Source of the DNA: Oopsacas minuta
Taxonomy: Eukaryota; Animalia; Porifera
Assembly: GCA_024704765.1 (NCBI GenBank)
Contig: JAKMXF010000044.1
Coordinates: forward strand, 883,082-947,081
DNA: 64,000 nt
Reading direction: 5' to 3'
Below are positions 23,829 through 35,963 of the stretch, piece by piece. The position numbers and the translations under genes were made by a program. Position 1 is the first letter of the stretch. Every line of letters begins with the position of its first letter. The notes under the pieces were generated by a model. The model had not been told where the DNA came from, made no database searches, and saw only the letters and a program-made list of their open reading frames with translations.

Positions 23829-24980
23829 GGTACAATTGCAGAATCTTACACCCCCCAACTTTTTTAATGTGGTCAAAAATCCCTATATGCACCGTTCAAG
23901 AACTCGTTGAGAGAAGTTGAGAGAAGTTGATATAGCTAAAGAACTCCAAGATCGGATTAAAATTGACAAAGTTACGAAAAATTTACTCCCTAAGCCAAAT
24001 CCTATGGGGAAAATTGTATTACTCACTATTGTCAAATTGTATTCATTTATACATTACAATTACCATAGGAATGCTCATACTGTTGATATTGCGGTTATAC
24101 ACGCTTGTTACTCTACTCTTTCATGCTCATTTGTTTGCTATACAGTGTATTTCACTGCAGGTAATTCTTGTTACTTTAAAGGAAAGCTGGTTATTACATA
24201 ATTCTGTCTACAAACACTAAATATACAATGAAGCATTGCATTTAATATTATGCTTGCAACTAAATTGCATCCTGTATATGAAGTTGTTCAAACGTACCAT
24301 CATACTTGCCAACATGAGTGAAGATAAAAAGCGAGACAGAAGGGACTAATTGAGCGGGACATCGTCGGATGCAGCATATTTGTAGACTGGACTACAAAAT
24401 AGAGTGGCAATTAAGGGTTTTGTCAAGTTTTGGCTGGACACTAGCCTCATTGTCAGTCAACACATATTCGTGACGAGAAATCGTGGTGTCCCGACAACCA
24501 ACGGAACAGTTGGCAAGTATGGCGCGTTTGAACAACTTCATATACAGGATGCAATTTAGTTGCAAGCATAATATTAAATGCAATGCTTCATTGTATATTT
24601 AGTGTTTGTAGACAGAATTATGTAATAACCAGCTTTCCTTTAAAGTAACAAGAATTACCTGCAGTGAAATACACTGAATAGCAAACAAATGAACATGAAA
24701 GAGTAGAGTAACAAGCGTGTATAACCGCAATATCAACAGTATGCGCATTCCTATGGTAATTGTAATGTATAAATGAATACAATTTGACAATAGTGAGTAA
24801 TACAATTTTCCCCATAGGATTTGGCTTAGGGAGTAAATTTTTCGTAACTTTGTCAATTTTAATCCGATTTTGGAGTTCTTTAGCTCTATCAACTTCTCTC
24901 AACGAGTTCTTGAACGGTGCATATAGGGATTTTTGACCACATTAAAAAAGTTGGGGGGTTTAAGATTCTGCAATTGTACC
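23829..24980. repeat. Long inverted repeat (foldback): arms 23829..24313 and 24509..24980, 195 bp spacer
   Basis: Starts GGTACAATTGCAGAATCTTA and ends TAAGATTCTGCAATTGTACC. Arms nearly identical, which gives the mirrored ORFs 23917+/24618- and 23963+/24599-. Confidence 0.95.
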
Positions 24981-25447
24981 GAATATTTTGCTTGCAAGTA
25001 AATTGCATCCTATATATGAAGTAGTTCAAAACTCAAAATCGCAAAATTTTGATTCACTCTCCTCCCTGTGTTACTCATTTTCACCGTTTGCAAAATGAAA
25101 GGGACTTTCACACATCAAAAACCACCCCACTCCCCTTGTAATGTCAGGCATAGTTTGAACGACCTCAGTGGCACCGCGATAATTAGAACACTGTTAATAG
25201 AATACCTGGGTAAGGCGCATATATTTGCATATATTCTGTTACCTAAAATGGTAGTTCAATTTGCATTACTCCGGCTAAGGCAAACCAATTTCGATCGTTC
25301 GTTTGTGTTCGTATCAAGGTTAGGATGTATGTTAGAGACAATTCGTGTATTATTTAATCGCATAGTTATTGATCCAGCTTCTCTCAAGGTGCATTAGTAG
25401 TGTTGGAACAAGCAATGTCAAACCATTTCAGTGAATTGATTATACAA

Positions 25448-25575
25448 AAGTGTACCAGCATCCACTTTATATAGCAAGAATACTGAATTAGATAATAACG
25501 ATGAAATTTGTAAATTCTTTGCAATTCAATATAACGCGCTCCAGTGTGTGCGCGCTGCTCCACCTTCGCTCCTGA
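25448..25575. repeat. Dispersed repeat, inverted partner at 52830..52980
   Basis: GCAAGAATACTGAAT, CGATGAAATTTGTAAAT and CGCGCTCCAGTGTGTG match the reverse complement of 52830..52980. Confidence 0.75.
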
Positions 25576-25634
25576 AACATAAATGGAGCGGGCTCCTTTA
25601 ATGCTCTGGGTATAATACTATTGGTAGTACATGG

Positions 25635-26493
25635 TTATATTTGGAGTAAATAATTAGTGTTAGCTCTTCCATATTTCTTCTGCCAACATACTTCAGATAA
25701 GTGAGTATCTAAAAGTATGGGGTTAGTAGTCATACAATTCCTCAGCCGTTTCTTCGCTCCACCCCATGTACTCTCAACTGTTTGTGTCTGTATACCTGTA
25801 GTAGGGTCAACAAAATTGAGGCTACGGTTGACGATGAGATGTTGAAAGCTTGCAGCAGGGATAGCATTAGACGAAGCCCATTCGTCAGAAAAGTATGGTA
25901 CTGCTCGGAATAATATAACTCTGGATGAGAGGGATTAATGTTGCAGCCGACCTGTCTTGAACAGCAATCATAAAGGTATCTTTTGTTTCTCTATCTATCC
26001 CTCCAAATACCCATTGACATGATAGCATATGACCTCTTGAATACTTTCGATGTCCAAACTTTGATTCATCAATTTCTACAATATGCCCAGGCCCTCCAAT
26101 TGGTTGAGGATTGACTAAAAATTCCTCAACACATAGGTCTCTGAGGAAGTTCTTCCAGTATGTTATAGTATGCTCTCCCCACCACAGATTCTTGCGTAAA
26201 AAGGCAGTAGTTTGCAGATTATCGGCCCAGAAATAGAGGAATTCTACCAACTCAGTTAATGGTATATGAGCACCTTCAAAGAATGAACCAATCCTCATGA
26301 AAGCAAAATTTTTGCATGACTTTTCAGGGCACCTCCATCCCTTTCCATCTGCAATACCTGCAAATGTTCCGGGTCTCATAATTCTACTGCATGTGCAAAT
26401 CATCCCTTTAGCTAAAAGTCCGTTACTTTTGAGCCATGCTATCCAAGTATCTTCATCACGAGTGATATTTCGAAAAAGTTGTTTTAAGGTCAT
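25635..26493 (-). mobile_element. Merlin (IS1595/ISXO2-like) transposase, one +1 frameshift near 25888
   Basis: VEIDESKFGHRKY, WVFGGIDR, DRSAATL; after the shift SDEW..HLIVN..NFVDP..TQTVESTW, ending at TAA 25635. Confidence 0.9.
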
Positions 26494-27029
26494 TCTTCTA
26501 CTACAACGGGGAATATTGCAGGAACCAACAGAGGTTGAAACGATGGAGCAACTGCCATTAAGGATTCTGTTATAGAAAGATCCAACTCGAATAATTTAAA
26601 TATGTTAGTTATAATTTCCTGATATTCCTTTTATACTTTACTTAGGATTAATCGAAATGCATTGTATGATCGTTTGGAATGTATTCTTTAATTATAGGTA
26701 AAAATTACATGTGGTTTGCATGCCACTGTTCTAAACCATTTGTTGTTCAACTCAGTAACCAGACAACACAGCATTCCAATTATACTATATATTATATGTA
26801 ATTGATACTGGTATAACTATGAACACATCAAATAATCTATACAATAGATTTTACATTATAATCCACTTATTTTTACCACACTTTACATGTTTAATCTCAA
26901 GTAAATTTACTACATTTTTAGGTGATTGTTGGTTGTAAAAGAAAATAATGTAAATAATCCCATAATCCAATAAATGTCTCATTTGGATCGTTATATTGTA
27001 TTCCATTAATCATTGTTGACAACAATCAC

Positions 27030-27375
27030 TGGTAAATAGAATTTGATTTGGCCATATTAACTAATCCTTTCGATGAATATTCTTTCAGGTATTTTCTTGC
27101 CACTACATTATAAATATATACCCGCTTTGTCATTGGGACTGGCGTATGCTGATGTGTCTCATCACACTCACAGAGTGCTTCTGGTAGCTGTTTACATGTG
27201 CCCATTGTTACTCCGTCGATGATAATTACTTCGGGGTTGTCTTTGCAAACGGAAGAAGAGAAACAAACTTTATAATCAATGTTTATAATACGTAAATACG
27301 CATTCCAAACATAATTATAACGTGGTAATGATACTGAGTCCTCTCCCCATAAGTTGCATCTTCATATTTCTAGCT
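27030..27375 (-). pseudogene. Relic of a KDZ-type transposase paralogous to the gene at 56067..59264
   Basis: WNAYLRIINIDY..VCKDNPEVIIIDGVTMG versus WNAYLRTVDIDY..KCKNHPDVIILDGIAMG; same phase-2 acceptor position (TTTAG at 27376). Confidence 0.75.
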
Positions 27376-27399
27376 CTAAATACAGATAAATAATAAGTA

Positions 27400-27732
27400 C
27401 AGTAGACTTCGATTAACCGAAACTTGATTATCTGACACCTCGGTTATATGAACAGCAGGAAGTATGTTTAGTTTAGGAAAATTTTAAAATTTTGGGTGCT
27501 TCTGACTACTCTAATAATAGTTTTTTTAAAGCTGTCGTGGTATTAGGCCTTATTGGCATGAATACACAGTAAAATATACTAAACTACAAAATCCAAATTT
27601 TCATATATCATCTCGCAGTGAATTTATGCATCAAAATACACTTTATCAGTTATTCGAACAATTCACTTATATAACCCAACACCATACTTGAAATCCAAAG
27701 ACTAAGGTGTTCAGACAATTGAGGGTGTACTG
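27400..27732. mobile_element. Degenerate pogo-type MITE (sister copy 45534..~45780)
   Basis: TA|CAGTAG...TACTG|TA ends; GAACAGCAGGAAGT and internal blocks are shared with the copy at 45534. Confidence 0.65.
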
Positions 27733-28159
27733 TACAATACGATAAGGCACAATTAGCAATTAAAATATATGAGATAAATCACTAGTACAAGAGCTATTAT
27801 TACACTAATTCGAATAAACTTGAATACCGATATACACTCCCAGTATGAATAATAATTATCACAGAGAACGATTAGAAATATAATATATAAATAAATACAT
27901 AAAAGCTCATTAGTAAGAATAGTCTAAAGAAGATTAATATAGTTAGTTCTAAGAGAATAAGGTGCAGAGAATCTTGAATGCTCTAAGCTAATGCAATGGA
28001 ACAACCTCATACATAAACAGTGCAATATTTACAATCAATACTTCATAAATTATATTAACAGGTCAGAGAAAGGAATCTTTGAGTGGTAGAAAGTAGAACG
28101 TCAGAAAAGATTAATTTACAATTGCATTGTATGTTGATAAGTGATGTTTTTGAAATATT

Positions 28160-31100
28160 TCAAAAGAAATGGCCCGCCCCAAAATGTGGAGACTGAGTGA
28201 AGGCAGTAAAGGCATTCAGAATCTTACAAATCTCCAAAACTTTAGATGTCTCTAATCTGATGTCTTGTGTTTTGTCTGAGAAATGGAGTTTAATATAATT
28301 CTGTCCAATAGCTTCGTAATTATTAATGACATTATATGGGTATTCCACTATAGGACGTGATTCTCCTCGTTTGTATAGCTGTACTCCCTTTACATTCAAT
28401 CCCAGCCACATATTACGAGGTAGTCTGTCGTCAATGTCTGTATACTGGATGTTGAAAAATGTAGATCCGAATCCTGGCCACTCGTTTAAGATATTCATAT
28501 ACTCCTCAAGTGCTACCTCCTCTGACATACCTCTCAGCTTACGCCAGAAGTCTGTCACCTGTCCCTTGACTGACTGCAGAGCCATCTCATTAGCAAGCAT
28601 CTCGTCAATGTTTGTATCTTTAAGACGTTTCATCGTATCTTTCCCTAATCCCTTGAGAGTGTTCTTATTGAAGAGGGAGGCAGACTCCTTGTGCTCTCTA
28701 GAATCCTCCTTCACTTTATGGAGAGGATATTCCTTGGTGATATCTTTGATAACAGTACCCGACTCAAAATCCCCTTGAGTAAACTGCAGATGCAGAGCAG
28801 CCAGCTTGATCAGACTCTTCTGTGAGGCAGAGAAGAATCCACTCACAACATTTTCATGAGCCTGCTCTACCATCAGTGCAAACTCTATCGTATTAAATGA
28901 TACAGCACTGGGATTTATGGTACAGAGAATACGGAAGAAGAGGTGACATTGTCCAGCATCAAAATCGTACTCAATGAAACGCTCGTGTTTTGATAGGACA
29001 TCAGCAATAATGGCTTTATTCTCAATAAACCGACTAATGTCACGAGATATTTCAAACAATGCAAACTTGTTATTGTCCTGAGTAATACCCAAACCAATAC
29101 AAAGTCTTTTAACAACCTCCCCAGCTGTTGTGTGGGAGTTTATCTGTATATCGCATGCTCCCCCGCTGTAGCAATTAACCTTAACCTTCATCGGTCTCCT
29201 ACCCAAGAGTGCAGATATCTCATCTTTACTGGGAGGAAACTCTCTGGGCTTTACTCGATTCAATCCTTCTATAGCGAACTCTGCGAACTTCTGGATTTCT
29301 GTTTCTGGATTATTTTCTATATTTCTTGTAAGGTGTATTCTAAACAGACGGAAGTATAGATAAATATAAATATTACTGGGACCTGTTAATACAGGAGCCA
29401 AAGGGTAATCGCCAATCGGCGTAGCCACAGTGCCCTCCTCCTATTGTAATAACTATCACTTTCGTCCTGCCTTTCTTTAGTTGTGTTTCTAATATATTTC
29501 AACCAAGTAGTGGGAATGAATTGATTCTGATTACATTTTATATCTTACTGTGCTTTGTTAATTCCCAAATATTTAATTGCATTGTGGCATATATATTAAC
29601 GCTAGGGAGTGTATACTAAATGGTAATTGGGTATTGTTTCTTGATTGAATAAGATTGTTGCTGCCCCCTACCTAAATACGCCAGTGCTAAAAGTACTCGT
29701 CAATGCACCCATTAATAATAGGATATTCATTATTACTCACCTGAGGTATTTGAGAATAGATCGGTCAGGTACAAAGCACCAACATAGACAACACAGGAAC
29801 TGCCAGCATCTCAATACAGGAAGTGAATCTAAATTAATGCTACTAGTCTGTTTAATTAGCTGACAGAATATCTCACTCCTGAGATCTTCTACATCATAAC
29901 AAGTATTGATAACACTCTGTGTTATAGGGATAGGATCAGATAGCAGCTCATGGTTAAGAAGAGTATTGAATACGTTAACAGCCTCTACGTGTAGAGTGTC
30001 GTACTCTCTAGCCTTAGTAGCAAGCAGAATAGGCTTTCCGTAAGGAAGAGCTAGTAGCGGGAACTTTAAGGGAGTGTTCTGGTGACTGAGTATTCGTGAG
30101 TAGATACGATAAACCTACATAGAAATAGTTTCCATCCATTTTTATACAATTCCATTCGTATAAGACGTACGTGCATGTACACCCGGATAGGACGTACTAA
30201 TTTTCGTTTTCCGAAAGGATATACGTCCTACCCGAATTCTATTGTATACAAAGGAAAGAAATAGATCTACGTACCTCATCCAGTACATGCGGTCTCCTGG
30301 GTATTCGTGTCTGTACTATAAAGTTAATTAGCTTCTCAGTAGGAGTCTCAATAACAGGCTTACTGAATATAACATTATTAATAGCATACACCCATTCTTG
30401 ATAATCCTGTTCTGACACACAGCCTAGCAGATAAGACTTCTTGCGAGTATTCAGCATGAATGTCCATCTGTCTATCTCTCTAGCAGTGAATTCATTAGGT
30501 AGAATTAGACTACATAGACTATCCAGTCTTATCTGTCCCATTAACCAGCTGTCTTCAGATCTGTAGTAGCTCAGACCGTCACGTGTCAGGACGTAGAACC
30601 GTTTCTTACGAGTCAAAGTATGGATGAGATTACCCTCTCCTTCTCTCTCCTTAATCAGATACCCCTTACGTAAGATCTCAAGCCCCTGTGTATTGATAGC
30701 CCGGTAAGATGGCTTGAGAACACTTATCCACCTATTTTACAAAATACACCCATAAATACACAAACACGTACAGTATTAGTCAATAATAATATACAGCCAA
30801 CTCTCGTTATATCGAACTCCACTTTATTAACTAGTGTGATCCCTTGAGTTTCGATATAACGGAATTGATTGTAATTTAACGTAGTATCAAACCTATGCAT
30901 ATCATCTTGCTTATCAGCTGATAGCACCATAACACGATGAGCCATTATAATAGCAAATGAGTTAGAACGATTGCTCTGTTTAGTAGCACTGACGTCATCA
31001 ATAAGATCTAGATCAAGAGATCCCATAGCGTTACGAGGATCAGCTTCTACACTGAGTTGTAGCCTCTCCAGCTGTTCATCACTCAGATATTTAACACGTC

Positions 31101-34100
31101 TCAATAGGTCCATCCATTCTCTCTTCTCCTCCTGTGTGTCCGCAGAGAACATATACGTCTTATCTACATTGGTTACTGAGAACAGGTTGTTACGAGTACC
31201 TTCATCAGATACTGTAGTACAGCTACGTATATCTAGCGTGTTAAGAGGTTTGGTATCCTCCTCGTCTGACTCATAGTAGGATAGATGAGACCCCCGGAGT
31301 ACGAAGAATTGTCTTTTCATCTGAGTACGTTTCCCTAGAGTACCTGATTTTTTGTGGCTGCGCTTATTAATCCATCCCTGCTTGAGAGCGTCTTGTGTGT
31401 TCTTGAAATACATGAATGTCTGGTCACGGACTACACACCATCTCCGCTTCCAAGTGTTAACACGACCCCCTCTCAGGTATAAGAATCCCTCCATGGTCAT
31501 GCTGTATAGCTCTGTTCCAGGGACACCGAGTGCTCGCTGGATTGAAGCAAACCTTTCTCTCTCCTCTATTTCATTCTCATTATCGAATGATGAAGTAGGA
31601 CTAGCTGAGTAACTGTATAAGACAATAATAGTGAAATCTATATTCCCAATTAATTATTAAGAGATAGTTATAACTTACATATCTGAACGATTCTCCTCTT
31701 CCTTGAGACATGCATCAAGATCTAGAATATGAGTGAGAGCTTCTTGCTCTACTCGCTGCATCTCCTCCTCAGTGAGAGAGGAGTTTACACTGAATTCAGA
31801 GTACCCGGGGGACTCTCCTCGTGTCCTCATCTCATCTGGACCCATCATACCGGGAGTGAGGTGAGCTACAGGAGGAGGAGGGAGCTCACTCAGTTCAGGT
31901 GGTGGGTTTGAATCTATCCTACTCTTCCTCTTGTCTTGTAGCTCATGGAATCTCACGATAGCTTCCTGAGTTGATCTCTCTTCTTCTAGTCGAGCCTATA
32001 CATTGAAGTATAAAATACTTAATAAATGAGAAATTAAGGAATAATATAGTTATTGCTTACAAGTACTCTCCTGGCCTCTTCTTCTTCCAGCTGTTTCTTC
32101 AACAGCTGAGCTTCTCTCTTCTTATTCTCCATTTCCAGTCTCAATAACTCCTCCCTTCTTCTCCTCTCCTTCTCCTCCTCCTCTTTCCTCCTCTTCTCTT
32201 CTTCCTCTCTCTTCTGACGTAACAACCTCAAGTACTGCTTCCTGGCTAGAAACCCTCGAGTGAATTTCTGTATAGATACAGCTGCTCTGCGCATCTCTGT
32301 GAATCGACGCATAGCAATTTGTCGTCTAAAACAATGTATGAGCCTCTATAGTACAGTGGTGTTTGGCTATTACCAATATTCGGCTTATTCGCCAAATAGA
32401 AATATTATTCAGGGACTTAGAACCCATTTTGTATTGAAAATAATTCCTCTAATAGCAAGTTCGCCTATTAGCAAGGGAAATTCGTGCTAAATACGACTTC
32501 CTAATAGGCGAACTCCACAGTACAAATATCCCAGCATTATAATCTAACCTCATATGTTTCTGTAGTAATATAGCAGCTCTCCTGATGTTAAGAAACCTCC
32601 TCCTCAGTACAAACGTGTAGATATAAGAAGCAATAATATTGATATAAGCTCTGTAAGCTAGGTCCCTCTCTGCCTCTAGTTTGTTCTCCAGCTGTTCTTT
32701 CAGGAACACCTTAGAATTTCCTATTTGCCATAACTTGTTTTCAGGATCATACTCAGTCAACAGCTGGTTGATAATGCTGGAAGGATCTTCTATAGGAAGT
32801 TTGAGAGAAGAGCCTGTCACTACTCTAGCCAGGATGTAGAACCTGTCAATAAACACCTGCTGGTCCCGTCTCACTGGATAGCCGGCCCTGCGAATCTTGA
32901 CAGTCTCCATCATACCGGAATATCTCAACTGATTTAAAACAGTTTTATGTTCAAACTTTTCAGGTAGCTTCTGTGTATTAGGCTTAATACAACGGACAAA
33001 GTATGGATGTGCTGCATTCAAACTAGTCATTAATGCTCGTAGAGAATCTTTGAATTGAGTTGTTACTGTTGTCTGTCTAATAGAACCAGCTCCTCTTGTT
33101 ACCTATAGCAGATCACAATGTTAATAAGAATCAGGCTTAATAGTTTTCAACATTTAAATAACTCAATTTCAATACAAATTCAGAGAATTTCAATTAGTTT
33201 ACGTTGATAATATTACTACTAATCATATCAAATCGTATTCTAGAGAAATATGATTCTTTCTTCATACATTCCTCGAATGGTAATAAAATTCTTTAAATTT
33301 TGAAAACATTTAATTAAATAAAACTGTCAAATCATAGGTTTGTAGTGAATAAGACTACTGCAGGATAAGTAAATAAGAGTACACTCAGACCAGCATTTCC
33401 CAACCTTTTTCACTTATGTGTTTTAGATCCTGTGGACCACCAAGGAGTCAATTGACTCGGGTCTGGAACTGCTGGCCTACACATATACAGAGGAGCCGCG
33501 TTAATACGAATACCAAAGGACGGTCAAAATTTGTTTGCCATATCCGGAGTTCGTATTAACCGCAGAAATACCTATTGAATAACTATGGTAGGACCAAATT
33601 TTGTGGAATTTTGTGTTCGTCTTATCGGAAATCCCTATTAACCGTGTTTGTATCAACGAGGGTCTACTGCACATAGATACACTCACTTGTTGTCTAAAGC
33701 TACGTTTCTTAGTTACACCGCCTCCCTGTCTGTGGTCTATTCCATAGTGAAGGAATCTCTCGTATATAAACTCAGAAGTACTGCTCTTCATCAGTTTGTG
33801 TAGATCTTCCCTGAACAGATCTCTGTTCTTCTCTACCATACCCTGTATTTCATACACTACCTCGCCAGCATAATGCCTGATTCCAAATTGTAACATATTG
33901 AGTCTGGGTCTGACATAGAAAGCATTATGCTCGTTAGAAGAGTGTAGTTTCTCTGCTAGAGTACAGTCCTGTCCATTGGGTAGGTTACTCTCCTCGTTCA
34001 TAAGAGATACTACACCCAGTCTCTGTTCTATCAAATCAAGACACTCACTGTTATCTTGCCATTCAATGTCTACCCATGGGATACCTTCCTTGCTGTACTC

Positions 34101-35963
34101 GTGCTGCTCCAGTGAGAATATGTGTTTGTTGAAATACTCCTGTAGCTTCTCGTTAGCATAATTTATGTTAAACTGTTCGAAGTGATTCTTCCCAAAGCTC
34201 TCAAATCCGAATATATCCAATACACCGATTGATAACACCTAATAACCAATTAATACATTCTTGCTATTTAAAATATTTATAAATGTCATACACACTATTA
34301 AGGACAGTAGAATTCGGATAAGACCTGCTCATTAGGGAAACAATAATTATTAAGTATTTCCGATTGTATGTCTTATCCATGTTCTACTGTTTATGTATTA
34401 TAATACCTTCTGGTGATGTTTCTTTGATATACGTTGATTAATCTTACTATTAATCCATCTGAAGCTAGTAGAGTATAGAGCCATTGACACAGAGTCTCTT
34501 GAATCCTCTGCTTGTGACACACTCAAAGGGGTACTGATCTCCTCCCCTCTCAGCAAACGGAACTTGTGAGTTAGTGCACCGGATAAATCTTTCTCATTAA
34601 CACCCAGTAGATTAGCTGTTAAGGATAGGACATCTGGGTTAGATATCTGAGCACCTCCAGATGTGAAGAACTTTACATTTCCGAGATGTAAGATGGCTGC
34701 TATAACAGCTGTAGACAGATATAAATATATCTCTATCTTATCATTTATATACAGTAGAGTTCGTCTATTAGCAAGTCGTATTTTGCGCGAATTTCCCTTG
34801 CTAATTCGCGAACTGTTATTAGAGGAAGTATTTCAAATACCAAATGGACATTAAGCACCTATTGGTAACAGGAACACTACTATATAATATAAACTCACTG
34901 AGCAGATCCTGTATCTCTGATTTAGGTACGTGTATTACTCTCAAACCTTCCAGGACAGATTTAAAATCATCTGCATCATTCTTCCCATGAACCTTAGAAG
35001 AACTCCCTCCTTGATTCAGATAATAGAAGTCATTACTGTCCCCGTCTCCTAGCTGGAACCTCTCTCTCTCCTCTTTATCACATCCTTGTAAGAACTCGTA
35101 AAAGATATGAAAATTACGCTCTCCAGGATTTTGTTTGGATATTCTATTCTTCTCTAACAGATAGTCTGTAATATAGCCTCCTACCATATTGCCAGAATCC
35201 TGATTGAAGTGTAGCTGAATATACTTCCCGAATCTAGAACTGTTGTCGTTATGTATAGTTTTAGCATTTCCAAATGCCTCTAGTACAGGTCCGCTCTGCT
35301 GTATAGCTGCCTATAACACAAGAAATTACACGTATAATCTGATTATTATCATAGTTATTAAATATTACACACCTCTACTTTAGCACTAGCTCCCGTGCTG
35401 TTAGCGCCCTGACTAAGATAGGTTAGAAAGCTGAGAATGAACTTTGTACTCTCGGTCTTTCCAGCTCCACTCTCCCCGCTAATAAGCAGACACTGGTTCC
35501 TATCCATTCTCCACATAGCAGCGTATGCTTCATTTGCTATAGCGTAGATGTGTGGAGGCTTCTCTCCAAGACGAGTACCCTTGTAGGCTGCCATCTGTTC
35601 GGGCTCGTACACACCAGGGATGAAATAGTATGGATTGACTGCACATAAGATAGATCCGATACTAGTGTATATTACAGCCTGTTTGTATCTTAGTTGTAAG
35701 TTAAGCAAGATAGCAGACTCGTGTAGGTCAGATATGGATGACATGTCATCTAGTCCCTCTAATACAGACTCAGCTATTGGGTAGGTAAGGTCATGAGTGA
35801 GGTCCTGTTGATGAAAGAGCAGATCGTCTCCAGTAGAAGATGGTTTGAAGGGAGAATAGAATCTGATACTACCTCGTGACACAGAGGTAACTTGGACAGG
35901 TATCCATCCAAACTCTCTGTCTCGTAACCAGTGCCAAGTTTGTTCTTTCCAGAAAAACGACAT
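28160..35963 (-). CDS. MYO10: Unconventional myosin X, 11 exons, ~1907 aa
   Basis: Exons 35963-35373, 35310-34899, 34708-34407, 34238-33687, 33102-32549, 32325-32061, 31995-31679, 31612-30893, 30731-30275, 30114-29741, 29339-28160; GT-AG introns, 5724 nt in frame. GESGAGKT motor, IQ motifs, E/R/K SAH helix, split PH1/PH2/PH3, MyTH4, FERM. Confidence 0.93.
32347..32518. mobile_element. pogo-type MITE in a MYO10 intron (inverted partial sister near 34745..34860)
   Basis: Imperfect TIR CAGTGGTGTTTGGCTATTA / TAATAGGCGAACTCCACAG; TTAGCAAGGGAAATTCG block shared with 34780..34810 in reverse. Coordinates approximate. Confidence 0.6.
34305..34389. mobile_element. Mini copy of the CAGTAGAACTCGG MITE family in a MYO10 intron
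   Basis: CAGTAGAATTCGGATAAGAC...GTCTTATCCATGTTCTACTG. Confidence 0.7.

Noticed and set aside
23917-24902. Four short ORFs as a duplicated gene pair
   Set aside because: They are mirror products of the inverted repeat in overlapping frames, have non-ATG starts, and show no recognisable motif.
25635-26493. Bacterial IS1595 contamination or horizontal transfer
   Set aside because: Merlin is the established eukaryotic branch of this family, and the flanks are continuous with eukaryotic repeats.
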